A DNA stretch of 64,000 nucleotides from an uncultured bacterium (lineage in GTDB: Bacteria > Myxococcota_A > UBA796 > CAJQPC01). The translations under genes and the position numbers were made by a program. Positions 26,040 through 35,619 of the stretch are shown here, piece after piece; the first letter of the stretch is position 1; every line of letters starts with the position of its first letter. Where the stretch lies: assembly GCA_905480105.1 (NCBI GenBank), contig CAJQPC010000081.1, positions 10,496-74,495 on the forward strand, written 5' to 3'. Below the pieces are notes generated by a model. That model was not told where the DNA came from and did not search any database. It was given only the letters and a program-made list of their open reading frames with translations.

Positions 26040-26378
26040 ATGCTGATGCTAATACTCGCGCTCGGTTGTGTAGGCGCTGAGGAAGGCTGCCAAGCTGGAC
26101 CCCCGAGCTTTTTCGTAGAGCCCTTGAACGAGTCCGGTGCTTTCCTCACCGAGATCGAGGTTGACTGGGCCCAAGCGGCCGCCGAAGACTCCAGCATGAT
26201 CCCTTGTACCTTGGGTGAAGAGTACTGGGAGTGTGGTCAGGGCCAGCCCTTTGCATACAAGGTGTACTTGGGCGGTCCAGGCTGGAACCGCCAGGTCGAG
26301 CGCATCGACGTTGAGGTTCCTGTGGATGCCTGCGCCCCCGACCGCACAGTGCTCACGACCACAATGCTGCCTGAATAG
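26040..26378 (+). CDS. Small hypothetical lipoprotein (112 aa)
   Basis: MLMLILALGC|V lipobox with GGAG 7 nt upstream. No domain recognised. Convergent with the VWA gene. Confidence 0.45.
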   Translation: MLMLILALGCVGAEEGCQAGPPSFFVEPLNESGAFLTEIEVDWAQAAAEDSSMIPCTLGEEYWECGQGQPFAYKVYLGGPGWNRQVERIDVEVPVDACAPDRTVLTTTMLPE

Positions 26379-26383
26379 AAGGC

Positions 26384-27904
26384 TCAGGGGCAGGACTCCT
26401 GTACTGAGTAGCTGACAAGAACCTCGCTGGCGTGCTGCAGCCCGTTCATCTGAACACTGTTGGAGGCCTCATCGAACACCCAGCGGCTGCTGGTGGTCCC
26501 GTCCACTTTTACTTGGATGGAAGCTCTTGCTGCTGGCTCGCTGAGTTCGAACTGCCAAGCGTTGTTCAGAGTCGCCAATGCTATGTCTTCGGCGTACTGC
26601 GCCCAGTCCGTGGTGCAGATGGACATGGACAAGCCCCCTGTGGCCGAGATTGCCTCGCTGTAGCCAGCGTCCCCTTCATTGCAGTCCTCGGTGTCGACCA
26701 CGCCGCTTAGAGTGAGCAGGCTCTCGGGCACAATCTTCAGGTATTCCCCCAGCCAGTAGTCGTAGGTCCAGGACGCGGCCTGTTCGACTGAGCGCTCCGG
26801 CTCATCGCTCACGAAGATGACGTGCAGTGGGGCGTCCTCACGTCGAAATCCGCTGTTGCAGGCGTCGAGCTGGCGAAGGCCTCGGTCCAAGATCTTGAAG
26901 AGGGCCTCGTCGTCGCTGATCTCCCGGTCCTCTCCCGCAGTGACCGCCGCCGAGAACACGGCGCTTAGGTCCGGTGTCGTCGCCTTGATCACGCCGCTGT
27001 TGAAACAGCCCGCATCGTAGGTCAACACGCCGATGTGCCATGTGCTCGTGACCCCCTCCAGCGTGGTGATCAAGGTCTCGAAGTTTGACGCCAACGCATC
27101 GGCGTCGTTGTCCATCGAACCGCTCTGGTCCACTGCGAAGATCAGGTCCACCGGCGGATTGGGGTCGATGCTGAAGCGATCCTCCACCTCGGTCGTCTGC
27201 AGTCCGGTGCCTAGCTGTTCCGCCAAGACCTCGGAGCGTGGATCGTTGGAGATGAAGCTCTGTCCACCACTGTTCAGACCCACAACGCCTGGCACCCACT
27301 GCACTTCCAGGTCTGCCCAGGCGCCGGGTTGCAGGGAGACGGGCAACTCGGGGCCACTCAGGATCACAAAGTCCCCGTTGCCGACGGGGTCGATGGCGCT
27401 CAGCTCCAGGGGGGCGTTCCCCACGTTCTGGGCCACGAGGTTCCGCGTGCTGGAGCAGCCCAGGGTGGCCTCGCCAAAGTCGTGCGGGCTTGGGCTGATG
27501 ACCAACCATGGGCTCAGGCCGCGGCCTGTCAGATCCACCCCTGTGATCGGGGTCTCCAGGTCGCTGCTGGCGACGAGGAGTGTCGCCTGGTGGTTCTCGG
27601 GCTTGGAGGGGGTGAAGTAGACCTCGAACTCCACGCTCTCGCCGGGCATCAGGTCCAAGAACAGGTCTTCGTCGTTTACACGAAAGCCCTCGTCACCCTC
27701 GATGCTCAGGCCCTCGATGCTCAGGAGTCCTACGCCCACGCTGGAGAGCGTGACGGTCTGGCTGCGCTCATCGCCGAGCTCCAGAGTCAGGAAGTCAATG
27801 GCCAAGGGGTCCACGGCGATCTTGGGATCTCCGGTCCAGGGGTCTTCCGAGCGGACAAAGAGACCGTTCTCGGTGCAAGCAATCATGAGCAACATGGCAG
27901 TCAT
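26384..27904 (-). CDS. Lipoprotein with PapD/ASH-like Ig domains and a VWA domain
   Basis: MTAMLLMIAC|T lipobox. Two Ig-like segments are typical of the ASH/PapD-like class (LAIDFLTLELGDERSQTVTLSSVG; SPHDFGEATLGCSSTRNLVAQNVGNAPLEL). These are followed by LIFAVDQSGSMDND (DxSxS MIDAS). Confidence 0.75.
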   Translation of the reverse strand: MTAMLLMIACTENGLFVRSEDPWTGDPKIAVDPLAIDFLTLELGDERSQTVTLSSVGVGLLSIEGLSIEGDEGFRVNDEDLFLDLMPGESVEFEVYFTPSKPENHQATLLVASSDLETPITGVDLTGRGLSPWLVISPSPHDFGEATLGCSSTRNLVAQNVGNAPLELSAIDPVGNGDFVILSGPELPVSLQPGAWADLEVQWVPGVVGLNSGGQSFISNDPRSEVLAEQLGTGLQTTEVEDRFSIDPNPPVDLIFAVDQSGSMDNDADALASNFETLITTLEGVTSTWHIGVLTYDAGCFNSGVIKATTPDLSAVFSAAVTAGEDREISDDEALFKILDRGLRQLDACNSGFRREDAPLHVIFVSDEPERSVEQAASWTYDYWLGEYLKIVPESLLTLSGVVDTEDCNEGDAGYSEAISATGGLSMSICTTDWAQYAEDIALATLNNAWQFELSEPAARASIQVKVDGTTSSRWVFDEASNSVQMNGLQHASEVLVSYSVQESCP

Positions 27905-27913
27905 CGCGGGTCC

Positions 27914-28558
27914 TTAGAAGAGTCGGCGGTAGCCAAAGGAGGGAGAGAGCACCAAGCCTGAAGCCAGGCCTGTGAGCACCGTTGTCTGGGGTACGGTAGA
28001 GGCCGCAAAGCGCAGCGTGACCTCGCCATTGGGAAGGTCTACTGACAAGGCAGGCGCGATAGTCCAGCCCAGAGACACGGTGCGCTCTTGGACAGCGCTA
28101 TCCTTGCTCGCGGTCATCACAGAGCGGGTCCAGACCAGCTGGGGAGCCAGGGTGAGCTCTGGGTGGACGCGCTGCTCGGCGTCCAAGGCCCGCAGATTCA
28201 CGCCCAGGGCCAGGGTGTTCTGGTCCTGAGAGAGGCTCCAGGGCAGTGGTTCGTCCAGGGCTGGGTCGCTGACGCTTCCCGTGGCGCTTGGACGGGCCCA
28301 GCTCCACCACAGGGCCGGGTGAACGTGTTGGGTGGGGCGGAAGGCTAAGTTTACCCCCAGCTGCCCTGCGGGGTTCAGATCCGACTGCGGGACGGCCAAG
28401 CCCACGCTGGCCCCTGCGGCCCAACGCGCTGGAGGGGTCGTGACGGAGGGCGTCGCCTGACTCTGCACATCCGGGGTCCAGTCGCCGAGATCCTCTTCGG
28501 GCTCGACCTCCTGGGCAAACAGGATCAGCCAGAGGGCTGGGCTCAGTAGTTGGTCCAT
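27914..28558 (-). CDS. Small outer-membrane beta-barrel-like protein (214 aa)
   Basis: The internal ATG gives a signal peptide MDQLLSPALWLILFAQE. The mature part has alternating hydrophobic beta-strand periodicity. The C-terminus FGYRRLF ends in Phe, as in many OMPs. The 5' 273 nt of the track ORF overlap the upstream gene and were dropped. Confidence 0.5.
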   Translation of the reverse strand: MDQLLSPALWLILFAQEVEPEEDLGDWTPDVQSQATPSVTTPPARWAAGASVGLAVPQSDLNPAGQLGVNLAFRPTQHVHPALWWSWARPSATGSVSDPALDEPLPWSLSQDQNTLALGVNLRALDAEQRVHPELTLAPQLVWTRSVMTASKDSAVQERTVSLGWTIAPALSVDLPNGEVTLRFAASTVPQTTVLTGLASGLVLSPSFGYRRLF

Positions 28559-31500
28559 TCGGTGCTCCTGCTGGCGGCGTCGCTGTTGGTGGTGCCGCCC
28601 ACGACGGTGATCACCGCGCTCTCTTGGGCAGAACCGGCCCAAACGCGATCCTCCCACATGCCGATGCTCAAGCTGTTCCAGTTGGCCAGTTGTGGAACAC
28701 CATCGATCTCCGCGGAAACGGAGGTACCGTTGACCTCGCCTTTTTTTCCTCCAAAGGCGTAGAGGCTGTTGTTGGCGCTGGCGTAGGCAAAGCCTGCCCG
28801 TGCCGGACTCATGCTGTCTACCTCTTGCCACTCTCCTAACTCGCCGTTGTGCAGGACCAAGCCGGCGTAGGTCTCACCAGTGGTGCTGCTTTTGGTCGCC
28901 CCGCCGGAGAAGTAGAGCCAGCTCTCGTCGGCGTCGACCACGCTGTGGGCTGTGGCGTCGACCGTGTAGGCGCCGCAGCCGTAGCGGGCGGTACCCAAGG
29001 TGTTGGCGCTCACCTTCCAGGCTCCAGTGGTCTGGTCTTTGGGGCCATCCTTGCGGACCTTGATGTACTCGATGCTGTCCAAGGGCTCCCCAGAGTCGTC
29101 CAGGCCGCCGGCTGCGTACAGGTAGTAGAACTCAGGGTCGGCCTCTGGATCGTAGGCCAGTGCCGCACAATGAAAACTGCGGGCTGTGTTTAGGGAGTTG
29201 AAGGCTTTCCACTCGCCGATCGCTCCCGGTCCCTTTGGGGTCTTGCTCGTGTCCCCCACGGCCCCTGTGTCCGACCACGAGGTCACGCTGACCTCGGCCA
29301 CCAAGACCTCGCTGTCGCTTCCCGAGTCGGCCGATGGGCTGCGATACACCTTGTAAGCCTGGGCGTTGGTGATGGCTGTCCAGGTCAGGGTAGGGCTGAG
29401 CAGCTTGCTCCCCAGGTCCGGCAGGGTCAGTGCCAAGGCTTGGCTGGGTAGGCTCTCCCCCTTCGGGTTGCTGAGGTCGCTGCCCTTGAACACCGCGGCG
29501 ACCTTGTAGGTCCAGGTGCCCGCCTCCAGGCCGTTGTTCTTTCTGGCCAGTGAGACGTTGGTAAAGGCGGGTGCGTCGTCAGAGTCGAGCACCTCGGCGC
29601 GGTAGAGGCCGTCGGTCGAGCCGCTGCCGTCGTCACCGCCGATCAGGTAGATGAAGGGGGGAAGGCTGAGAACAGCCGCACCGCTCAGGGGGGTGGGCAG
29701 GGTCTGCTGCACCAGGCTCCACGGTCCAATGTCTCCATAAACGCCAATTTCGGCTGCCTCGATGCTATCGATGGCGCTGCTTACCTCGCCTTGGTCACCG
29801 CCCAGGGCAAGCAAGTACCGGTCTACGGAGTTGATCCGGGTGGCAGCCGCAGCTGGCGTGCGACGGGCCTCCACGAGATCCGGGCCGGGCTGCCAAGGGA
29901 AAAGGTTCTGGGAAGGATTTCGGATGGAGATTGCCGAGTACCGGGCCGAGCTGTCGTCGGCGTTTTGTACGTCCACCACACACACAGCGCCATTCAGGCC
30001 GGTCGCGGGCACCTCGGCTTGAATCTGGGCATAGGTGGTGCTCAGGATGGTCGGCGTGAATGTGGTGTTCACACCGTCTTCTTGGCAACTTAGGCTCACG
30101 CTGGGCTCACGAAAATCTCGGCCCTGGATCAAGATGATCTCGGGGCTGGACTTGTCCAAGGACCCAGGGGTCACGGTGGTGATGCGCGGTGGGGCGTCGG
30201 TGCTCACCTGCAGGGCATCTTCTAAGTGGCCCATGGACTCGTCGGGGTTGAGCACCATCAGACTGTAGCTGCCCGGGAGCATGCCTTCGGGCACCGTGGC
30301 CTTGAGCTGCGTGCCGCTGCGCCAGCTTACGCCCAGCAAGGGGTAGGTCTCGCCTTTTCGATCTGGGCCCATCAGGTAAGCCCTGGGCGTCGCCTCGAAG
30401 GGGCTTCCTGCAGCTGTGGCCGTGATCACCACGGCCGTCCTGTCGAAGGACCATGCGTAGGCGGGATCCAGCGCTTCGATCTCGATGGGGCTGTAGCGTC
30501 GGACGCTAAATTCACCGGTGGTCTCGGCCTCGCAGCTTCCGCCTTGAGCGATGACAACGGTGAAGGGGCCTGGGTCCAGGTAGGTCGGAGGCTGGAAGCT
30601 CACCTGTCCGGCCTTCTCGGCTGACCAGGTCACCTCGCTGCGTACGCCGTCCTTGTCCTCGATCCACACCTCCTCCACATCGCCGGTCAGGTCAGCGACG
30701 TAGGCCGTCGCGGTGGTCGGCACCGTGGGGTAGATGACCGGCGGATCAACGAAGAAGACCAGGGGGGTGTCGCTGATCTGAAGGGCCTCGGAGAAAACCG
30801 TGCTGCACTCCCCGTCGATCTGTACCTCGATATCGTAGCTGCCGACCGCCAGTCCGGAGACGTCCAGCGTGAGCTCTCCCTCGCTTACCCAGGTCGTTCC
30901 CAGAGGCTCCCCGTTGGCGAAGACTTGGCTGTCGGGCACCAGACCCTCGCCGAACAGGGTCACCGCTGTCCCGCCCTCGCACACGCTGCTTGGGTCCAGC
31001 TCTTTCAAGGTGGGGGCTGCTACGATCTGCAGCTCTTGAGGGAGGCTGGGCTCGCAGGATGCAGGATCAGGATTGTTTAGGAATAGGCTGTGATATCCGA
31101 CAGGGATTGTGCTGGGGTCTACTTGGAAGCTGGCCTGTGTGCACACCTCGCCCGGGAGTTCGCCAGCCAAGGGACTACAGTCATCCATGCTCGTGGCCTC
31201 CAAGGTCTGGGCACTCACAGAGAGTGCTGGACCTTGGTCTTCCCAGCGGAGCAGGCCGGCTCCTCGTAGCTGAAGCGTGCTCAGGTCTGCCAGTATGCAG
31301 ATGGCCTGGGGCTGAACGGTATCCAGCTGCGGGCCCGGCAGGATGAACAGCACATCTCGGATCCAGCCTTCGTCCTCGCCGATGCGCAGATCCCAGCTTC
31401 CAGCGGGCAGGCTGGCGCTCGGAAGCACGAAGGCTTGCATCGGGGGTTGCCACTGGATGGCCGAGGCCGGAACGGGCAAGCTCAAATCATCGGCTTGGCA

Positions 31501-31707
31501 GTCCTCGCAGGTCGGCCCGGCCAGCACCCAGGTCAGGGTGGGCCAGGTGAGCTGTGCCTCGTCGAGCACCCCTGTGGGAATCGGGGTCAGGGCGGGGTGC
31601 TCGATGAGCAGAGCTTCAGTGTCCTGGGTGACGCAGAGAGGCAGAAGCTCTCCGTTGCGCTCAGGAGAGTCAGTCTGGCAGCCCAAGGTGATCAGAAGCA
31701 ATGTCAT
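28543..31707 (-). CDS. Giant lipoprotein with IPT/TIG repeats and a Kelch-type beta-propeller (1054 aa)
   Basis: MTLLLITLGC|Q lipobox. It has 5-6 IPT/TIG-like modules (e.g. PTLKELDPSSVCEGGTAVTLFGEGL, PRITTVTPGSLDKSSPEIILIQGRDF). The C-terminal Kelch blades include YLLALGGDQG, FIYLIGGDDGSG, YLYAAGGLDDSG, WLYFSGGATK and SLYAFGGKKG. Confidence 0.75.
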   Translation of the reverse strand: MTLLLITLGCQTDSPERNGELLPLCVTQDTEALLIEHPALTPIPTGVLDEAQLTWPTLTWVLAGPTCEDCQADDLSLPVPASAIQWQPPMQAFVLPSASLPAGSWDLRIGEDEGWIRDVLFILPGPQLDTVQPQAICILADLSTLQLRGAGLLRWEDQGPALSVSAQTLEATSMDDCSPLAGELPGEVCTQASFQVDPSTIPVGYHSLFLNNPDPASCEPSLPQELQIVAAPTLKELDPSSVCEGGTAVTLFGEGLVPDSQVFANGEPLGTTWVSEGELTLDVSGLAVGSYDIEVQIDGECSTVFSEALQISDTPLVFFVDPPVIYPTVPTTATAYVADLTGDVEEVWIEDKDGVRSEVTWSAEKAGQVSFQPPTYLDPGPFTVVIAQGGSCEAETTGEFSVRRYSPIEIEALDPAYAWSFDRTAVVITATAAGSPFEATPRAYLMGPDRKGETYPLLGVSWRSGTQLKATVPEGMLPGSYSLMVLNPDESMGHLEDALQVSTDAPPRITTVTPGSLDKSSPEIILIQGRDFREPSVSLSCQEDGVNTTFTPTILSTTYAQIQAEVPATGLNGAVCVVDVQNADDSSARYSAISIRNPSQNLFPWQPGPDLVEARRTPAAAATRINSVDRYLLALGGDQGEVSSAIDSIEAAEIGVYGDIGPWSLVQQTLPTPLSGAAVLSLPPFIYLIGGDDGSGSTDGLYRAEVLDSDDAPAFTNVSLARKNNGLEAGTWTYKVAAVFKGSDLSNPKGESLPSQALALTLPDLGSKLLSPTLTWTAITNAQAYKVYRSPSADSGSDSEVLVAEVSVTSWSDTGAVGDTSKTPKGPGAIGEWKAFNSLNTARSFHCAALAYDPEADPEFYYLYAAGGLDDSGEPLDSIEYIKVRKDGPKDQTTGAWKVSANTLGTARYGCGAYTVDATAHSVVDADESWLYFSGGATKSSTTGETYAGLVLHNGELGEWQEVDSMSPARAGFAYASANNSLYAFGGKKGEVNGTSVSAEIDGVPQLANWNSLSIGMWEDRVWAGSAQESAVITVVGGTTNSDAASRSTEWTNY

Positions 31708-31802
31708 GTTAGCAGCTTACCCCTAGAAGGGGCCTGCAAGACTGTCGTTCAACTGTTTCGGCTCAGACCGCTGCGTCAGGCTTCCCGCGTCAGGCTCCTG
31801 TC

Positions 31803-33701
31803 TCAGTCATCTTCTGCGGTCTGTGCCCTAAAGTCGCAAGTGCCGTCGACCCCGTCGGTCTCGCACAGCTGTGGGTGTGCCATGGGGGTACTGCCCTCCC
31901 ATGCGTCTTGTGTGAAGAGCAGGATCTGCTCCAGGGCCGCGTCTCCTGCAATGGTGTTGCGAGCCGCGAAACCGTGCACGTCGTAGGGTCCGGTGTCCGA
32001 GACCCAGAACTGCTCCAGGGTGGCGCCGCTCTGGACGACCTGGTCGGTGGACTCGAGTCCCTCGATGCGGTCAAACATGGGCTCGAACTGCACAGCGTTC
32101 AGGCTGCGCGCCAGCAGGTTGGTGCCCAAGTTGGGCAAAACAGGGTCGCCCATGGACTGCTGCAGCAGGAAGGAGCCGCCCACCTCCAGGGCCTTCTCCG
32201 CCCAGATGGCGCCGTCCACGTCGTCCCAGCTGTTTTGGCCGGCCAGAATGACCAGGTGCACGTCGAGCAAGGAGCCGTAGTTGTTGGTCAAGGCGTCCCC
32301 CACGCCGATGTCGTAGAGCAAGGAGTGGGGAATCATGTGGCTCCAGCCGGTGCCAGGGACATTGAGCACAGCCTTGGTCAGGCGGTCGTCTGCTGAGACG
32401 ATGACCGCGCCCAGGGTGCCGCCCAGGGAGCCGCCCATCCAGAGCACCTCATCGGTGCGTGGGCGGACACCGGCCACCGGGTTGGGCTCGCCGTTTAGGG
32501 TGTCTGCACTCAAGGCGTCGCCCAGGGCGCCGTCCAGGGAGGTGAGCAGCACGGTGCCGCCCGCTAAGGACTCCAGCAAGCCCGCAGTGCTGCGCTCGGA
32601 GCCCTCTAAAAAGGCCCCCAGGTTGCCCAAGGTGTAGACAAAGTCTGTTCCAGTCCAGCCCTCAAAGCGAAGGTTTAACTTTGCGATTCCCTTCTCGGAC
32701 AGCTCCGCGTCAAAGGAAGAGTCGGTGAGATCACCGCCGGTGCCGTGCCCGTAGAGCACCACCCTGTAATCCGGGGCATTGGCGGGAATGCTGATGCGAA
32801 ACTCGATGTCCGCGGTGCCCAGGATGGAGGGGTCGCCGGCGGCGTCCAGCTCGAAACGCCCGTCTGCGTTCAGGAAGCTGGGAGCCCCGACCAGCCGGCC
32901 GCGTACGATGGCTGCGATGTCTGGATCCGCTGGCTCAACCAGGGTGTCGATCACCACCTCCAAGTCGCTGCTGGCGGTCTCCAGGGCTTCCATCATTGCG
33001 AACATGCGCCGCTGTGGGTCATCTGCGGAGCGGGTCGTGAACTCCGAGAAGCGCACGACGCGGCTCAGTTCCAAACCCTGCTCCTCTAAGAAGGTAGCGG
33101 TGGGCGCGTAGTGGGCCGCCAGTTCCTCTTCGAGCCTGCCGCGAGGGTCTTCTAGGCCCAGGGCGACCCGGACCATCTCCGATGCCTCTGCGCCGACGCT
33201 GTCCAACACCACAAAGACGTGGTCGGCATTTGCTTCCATGACCTGTTCTGGGCGCCCTATCAGCATGCTCTTGTCGGCGGTGATCGAGCTCACGTCGATG
33301 ACCTCGGTCCAGAACGCTTGGCGTTCGCCGTAGCGTTCGGAACCCACTTGGGCGTTGATGACCTGTAGGGCTCCGTCGGCGCTCAGGGATGGCACGACCG
33401 ACTCATCGGAGGCTCGGTCTGCCAGCAGTCCGTCAAAGGCCACTGTGACGCCGCTCACCCGGGAAAAGCCGTTGCCCAGGTTCAGAAAGCTGGCGTCGTC
33501 GTCCACGCCCAAAGGCTCAGGATCAAAGGCCATTCGCAGGCCCGTGGCGGTGCTCTCATCCAACACGGTGTGGGCGTTGGAAGGGTAGGGAAGCATGCAA
33601 TGGACCGGGTCCAGCGCATCGCACTCCTGCGCTGGGGGCGGCGTGCGCTCCCCGGCGAGGCGGGGTTCAGGGGGGCTGCAGGCCAAAAGCAGCAGGATCA
33701 T
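31803..33701 (-). CDS. Lipoprotein with an alpha/beta-hydrolase (lipase/esterase-like) core
   Basis: MILLLLAC|S lipobox with an AGGGAG RBS. VVLYGHGTGG (HG oxyanion-hole type) and VLWMGGSLGGTLG (GxSxG nucleophile elbow). Confidence 0.5.
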   Translation of the reverse strand: MILLLLACSPPEPRLAGERTPPPAQECDALDPVHCMLPYPSNAHTVLDESTATGLRMAFDPEPLGVDDDASFLNLGNGFSRVSGVTVAFDGLLADRASDESVVPSLSADGALQVINAQVGSERYGERQAFWTEVIDVSSITADKSMLIGRPEQVMEANADHVFVVLDSVGAEASEMVRVALGLEDPRGRLEEELAAHYAPTATFLEEQGLELSRVVRFSEFTTRSADDPQRRMFAMMEALETASSDLEVVIDTLVEPADPDIAAIVRGRLVGAPSFLNADGRFELDAAGDPSILGTADIEFRISIPANAPDYRVVLYGHGTGGDLTDSSFDAELSEKGIAKLNLRFEGWTGTDFVYTLGNLGAFLEGSERSTAGLLESLAGGTVLLTSLDGALGDALSADTLNGEPNPVAGVRPRTDEVLWMGGSLGGTLGAVIVSADDRLTKAVLNVPGTGWSHMIPHSLLYDIGVGDALTNNYGSLLDVHLVILAGQNSWDDVDGAIWAEKALEVGGSFLLQQSMGDPVLPNLGTNLLARSLNAVQFEPMFDRIEGLESTDQVVQSGATLEQFWVSDTGPYDVHGFAARNTIAGDAALEQILLFTQDAWEGSTPMAHPQLCETDGVDGTCDFRAQTAEDD

Positions 33702-33765
33702 CGGAAGCTCCCTGGGGGTGGCCCGACCTGTATCCCAAGTGAGACCGGGATGGCCAGGGCTCCCC

Positions 33766-34401
33766 TTAGAAGAGCGGCTCGGCCTTGTGTTGCGGGCGGG
33801 CCTGGTCCAGGGTCGAACAGAGGCTGACCAGTCGATTTAACAGTGCGGCCAGCTTCTCCGGGTTGGCACTGCTGCGAATATCCAGGTCGTTGCCAAGTGC
33901 CCGAACCTCCAATCCCTGGTCCAAGGCCGTTTGAAGAGCCGCTCTGACGGTGGGGTCTTCCAAGCCGGTGACCGCCGGTGCGCCGCGGCGAACGGCCGCT
34001 AAGTGTTGGGCCAACGCCTCTGAGCTGCTGGGGAAGTCGCTATCCAGTGGGCGGAAGGCTGCACAGGTCACATCCACCTTGTTGGCCCAGATGCGCACTT
34101 GAACGCTGCGTCCGGCGTAGGTTCCCCGCAGCCACTCGGCTCGGCCCTTGCGAGACCAACGGAGCCCCAACTTGAGTGCTTGTTGCGCCCAGACGGTCGC
34201 GGGCCGGTGAACAGCAAGGGCCCAGATGGCTCCGGTGAGTCCCAAGCTCAGACCCAGGCCGAACACGGCGAGCGCGGGTGCGCCGGTCGCCCAGGGCGCG
34301 ATCCCCAGCAAGGACATGCCTCCTGCCATCGCCAATAGGGTCTGGGTCTCGGGTGGACCGGTGCTGGTCCAGAAGGGGTTGGCTTGAATGTGATTGTTCA
34401 T
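33766..34401 (-). CDS. Hypothetical membrane protein (211 aa)
   Basis: The internal ATG at 34401 avoids overlap with the divergent gene. It has two hydrophobic helices, then a soluble C-terminal domain. No domain recognised. Confidence 0.45.
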   Translation of the reverse strand: MNNHIQANPFWTSTGPPETQTLLAMAGGMSLLGIAPWATGAPALAVFGLGLSLGLTGAIWALAVHRPATVWAQQALKLGLRWSRKGRAEWLRGTYAGRSVQVRIWANKVDVTCAAFRPLDSDFPSSSEALAQHLAAVRRGAPAVTGLEDPTVRAALQTALDQGLEVRALGNDLDIRSSANPEKLAALLNRLVSLCSTLDQARPQHKAEPLF

Positions 34402-34464
34402 GCCACAGGTCAACGGAACTCCGTGCTCCGAACATGAGGGCCTGGGTCGGGCTACATTGGAATC

Positions 34465-35619
34465 ATGATCGCCCTTGAGCCCTTTGTAGATCCCGACCGC
34501 TCCCTTGCGGCCCTGCTGGACCGGTTGCTGCCTGAGTTGGCTCCGGGCGCTTCGGTGCTCATCAAGCCCGACTGGAACACCCGGCATAGCCCCAAGCCTG
34601 CGGAGATCACCACCCGCGGTTTCCTGCGCGCGCTGCTCTCCTGGCTGCAGGCCCGAGGCATCCGCAGTGTGTGCTTGGCCCACAGTTCGCTGCTCACGCC
34701 GCCCGATGTCCCCTACACCAGCTTTATGAACCTGCTGGAGCTGGCCGACTGCATGGAACTGCTGGAAGACTTTCCCCACCTGCGGCTGGTGGACCTGGAG
34801 GTTGAACCCATGAAGCTGCGCGGCGGTTTCTTGGTGCCGCAGGCCCTTTTTGAACAGGACTTGGTCATCAACTGCGTGCGCTTAAAGACGCACTCCGGCA
34901 CTCAGATCGCGGTCGGTACAAAAGGCCTGATGGGACTGCTCCCTGACTCCGAGGCCCTGCGCATGCACCGGGACGGTCTGGGCCCCTTGCTTGGACAGCT
35001 GGGCGCTTGCTTGGCTCCAGACCTGACGCTTGTCGAGGCGGACATAGGCATGGAGGGGGAAGGCCCTCACCATGGCGATGCGGTCTCTTGCGGCTACTAT
35101 CTGGGGGGCAGTGATCTGCTTGAACTGGACGCCACGGCCGCCTGGTTGATGGGTATGGAGCCTGCTCATGTGGAGCATATTGCGGCATTGGCCTTGGTCT
35201 TGGAGCGAAAGCTTCCCAAGGCCCCAAGCCATTGGGGCGAGCACCGGCGAAACTTTGCCCAGCCCACAGGCATGCTCCAGCCCACCCGAGCAGCCCGTGT
35301 CTTTCCAGGGGACAGCTGTTCCACCTGCCATGTTGCCGCGGAGTCCTTGCTGGACTTTGTGAAGGAACAACCTACAGAAGTGCGCGCAATCGCGCGTTTG
35401 GCCAAGGCCCTGTTGGTGGACGGCGTGGACTTGTATATGGGGCACCAACCGGCCGGCGCGCGCCCCGACCCGAAGCGGCCCTGTGTGGCACTGGGAGACT
35501 GTGCCCAAGACTTTGCCAAGACCCACGCCCTGCCCCATGTCGGGGGTTGCCCTGTGCGACGCGACCAAGTGCAGCCTGCGCTGGTCCGGGCCATGAGCAA
35601 GAGCGGGAGAGAGTCGTGA
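34465..35619 (+). CDS. DUF362-like protein
   Basis: VLIKPDWN..., LVINCVRLKTHSGTQIAVGTKGLMGL resembles the DUF362 core (KPN..; lK.H....vT...KN..G). The C-terminal region carries several Cys (CSTCH, GDCAQD, GGCP). Assigned from memory of the family only. Confidence 0.5.
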   Translation: MIALEPFVDPDRSLAALLDRLLPELAPGASVLIKPDWNTRHSPKPAEITTRGFLRALLSWLQARGIRSVCLAHSSLLTPPDVPYTSFMNLLELADCMELLEDFPHLRLVDLEVEPMKLRGGFLVPQALFEQDLVINCVRLKTHSGTQIAVGTKGLMGLLPDSEALRMHRDGLGPLLGQLGACLAPDLTLVEADIGMEGEGPHHGDAVSCGYYLGGSDLLELDATAAWLMGMEPAHVEHIAALALVLERKLPKAPSHWGEHRRNFAQPTGMLQPTRAARVFPGDSCSTCHVAAESLLDFVKEQPTEVRAIARLAKALLVDGVDLYMGHQPAGARPDPKRPCVALGDCAQDFAKTHALPHVGGCPVRRDQVQPALVRAMSKSGRES

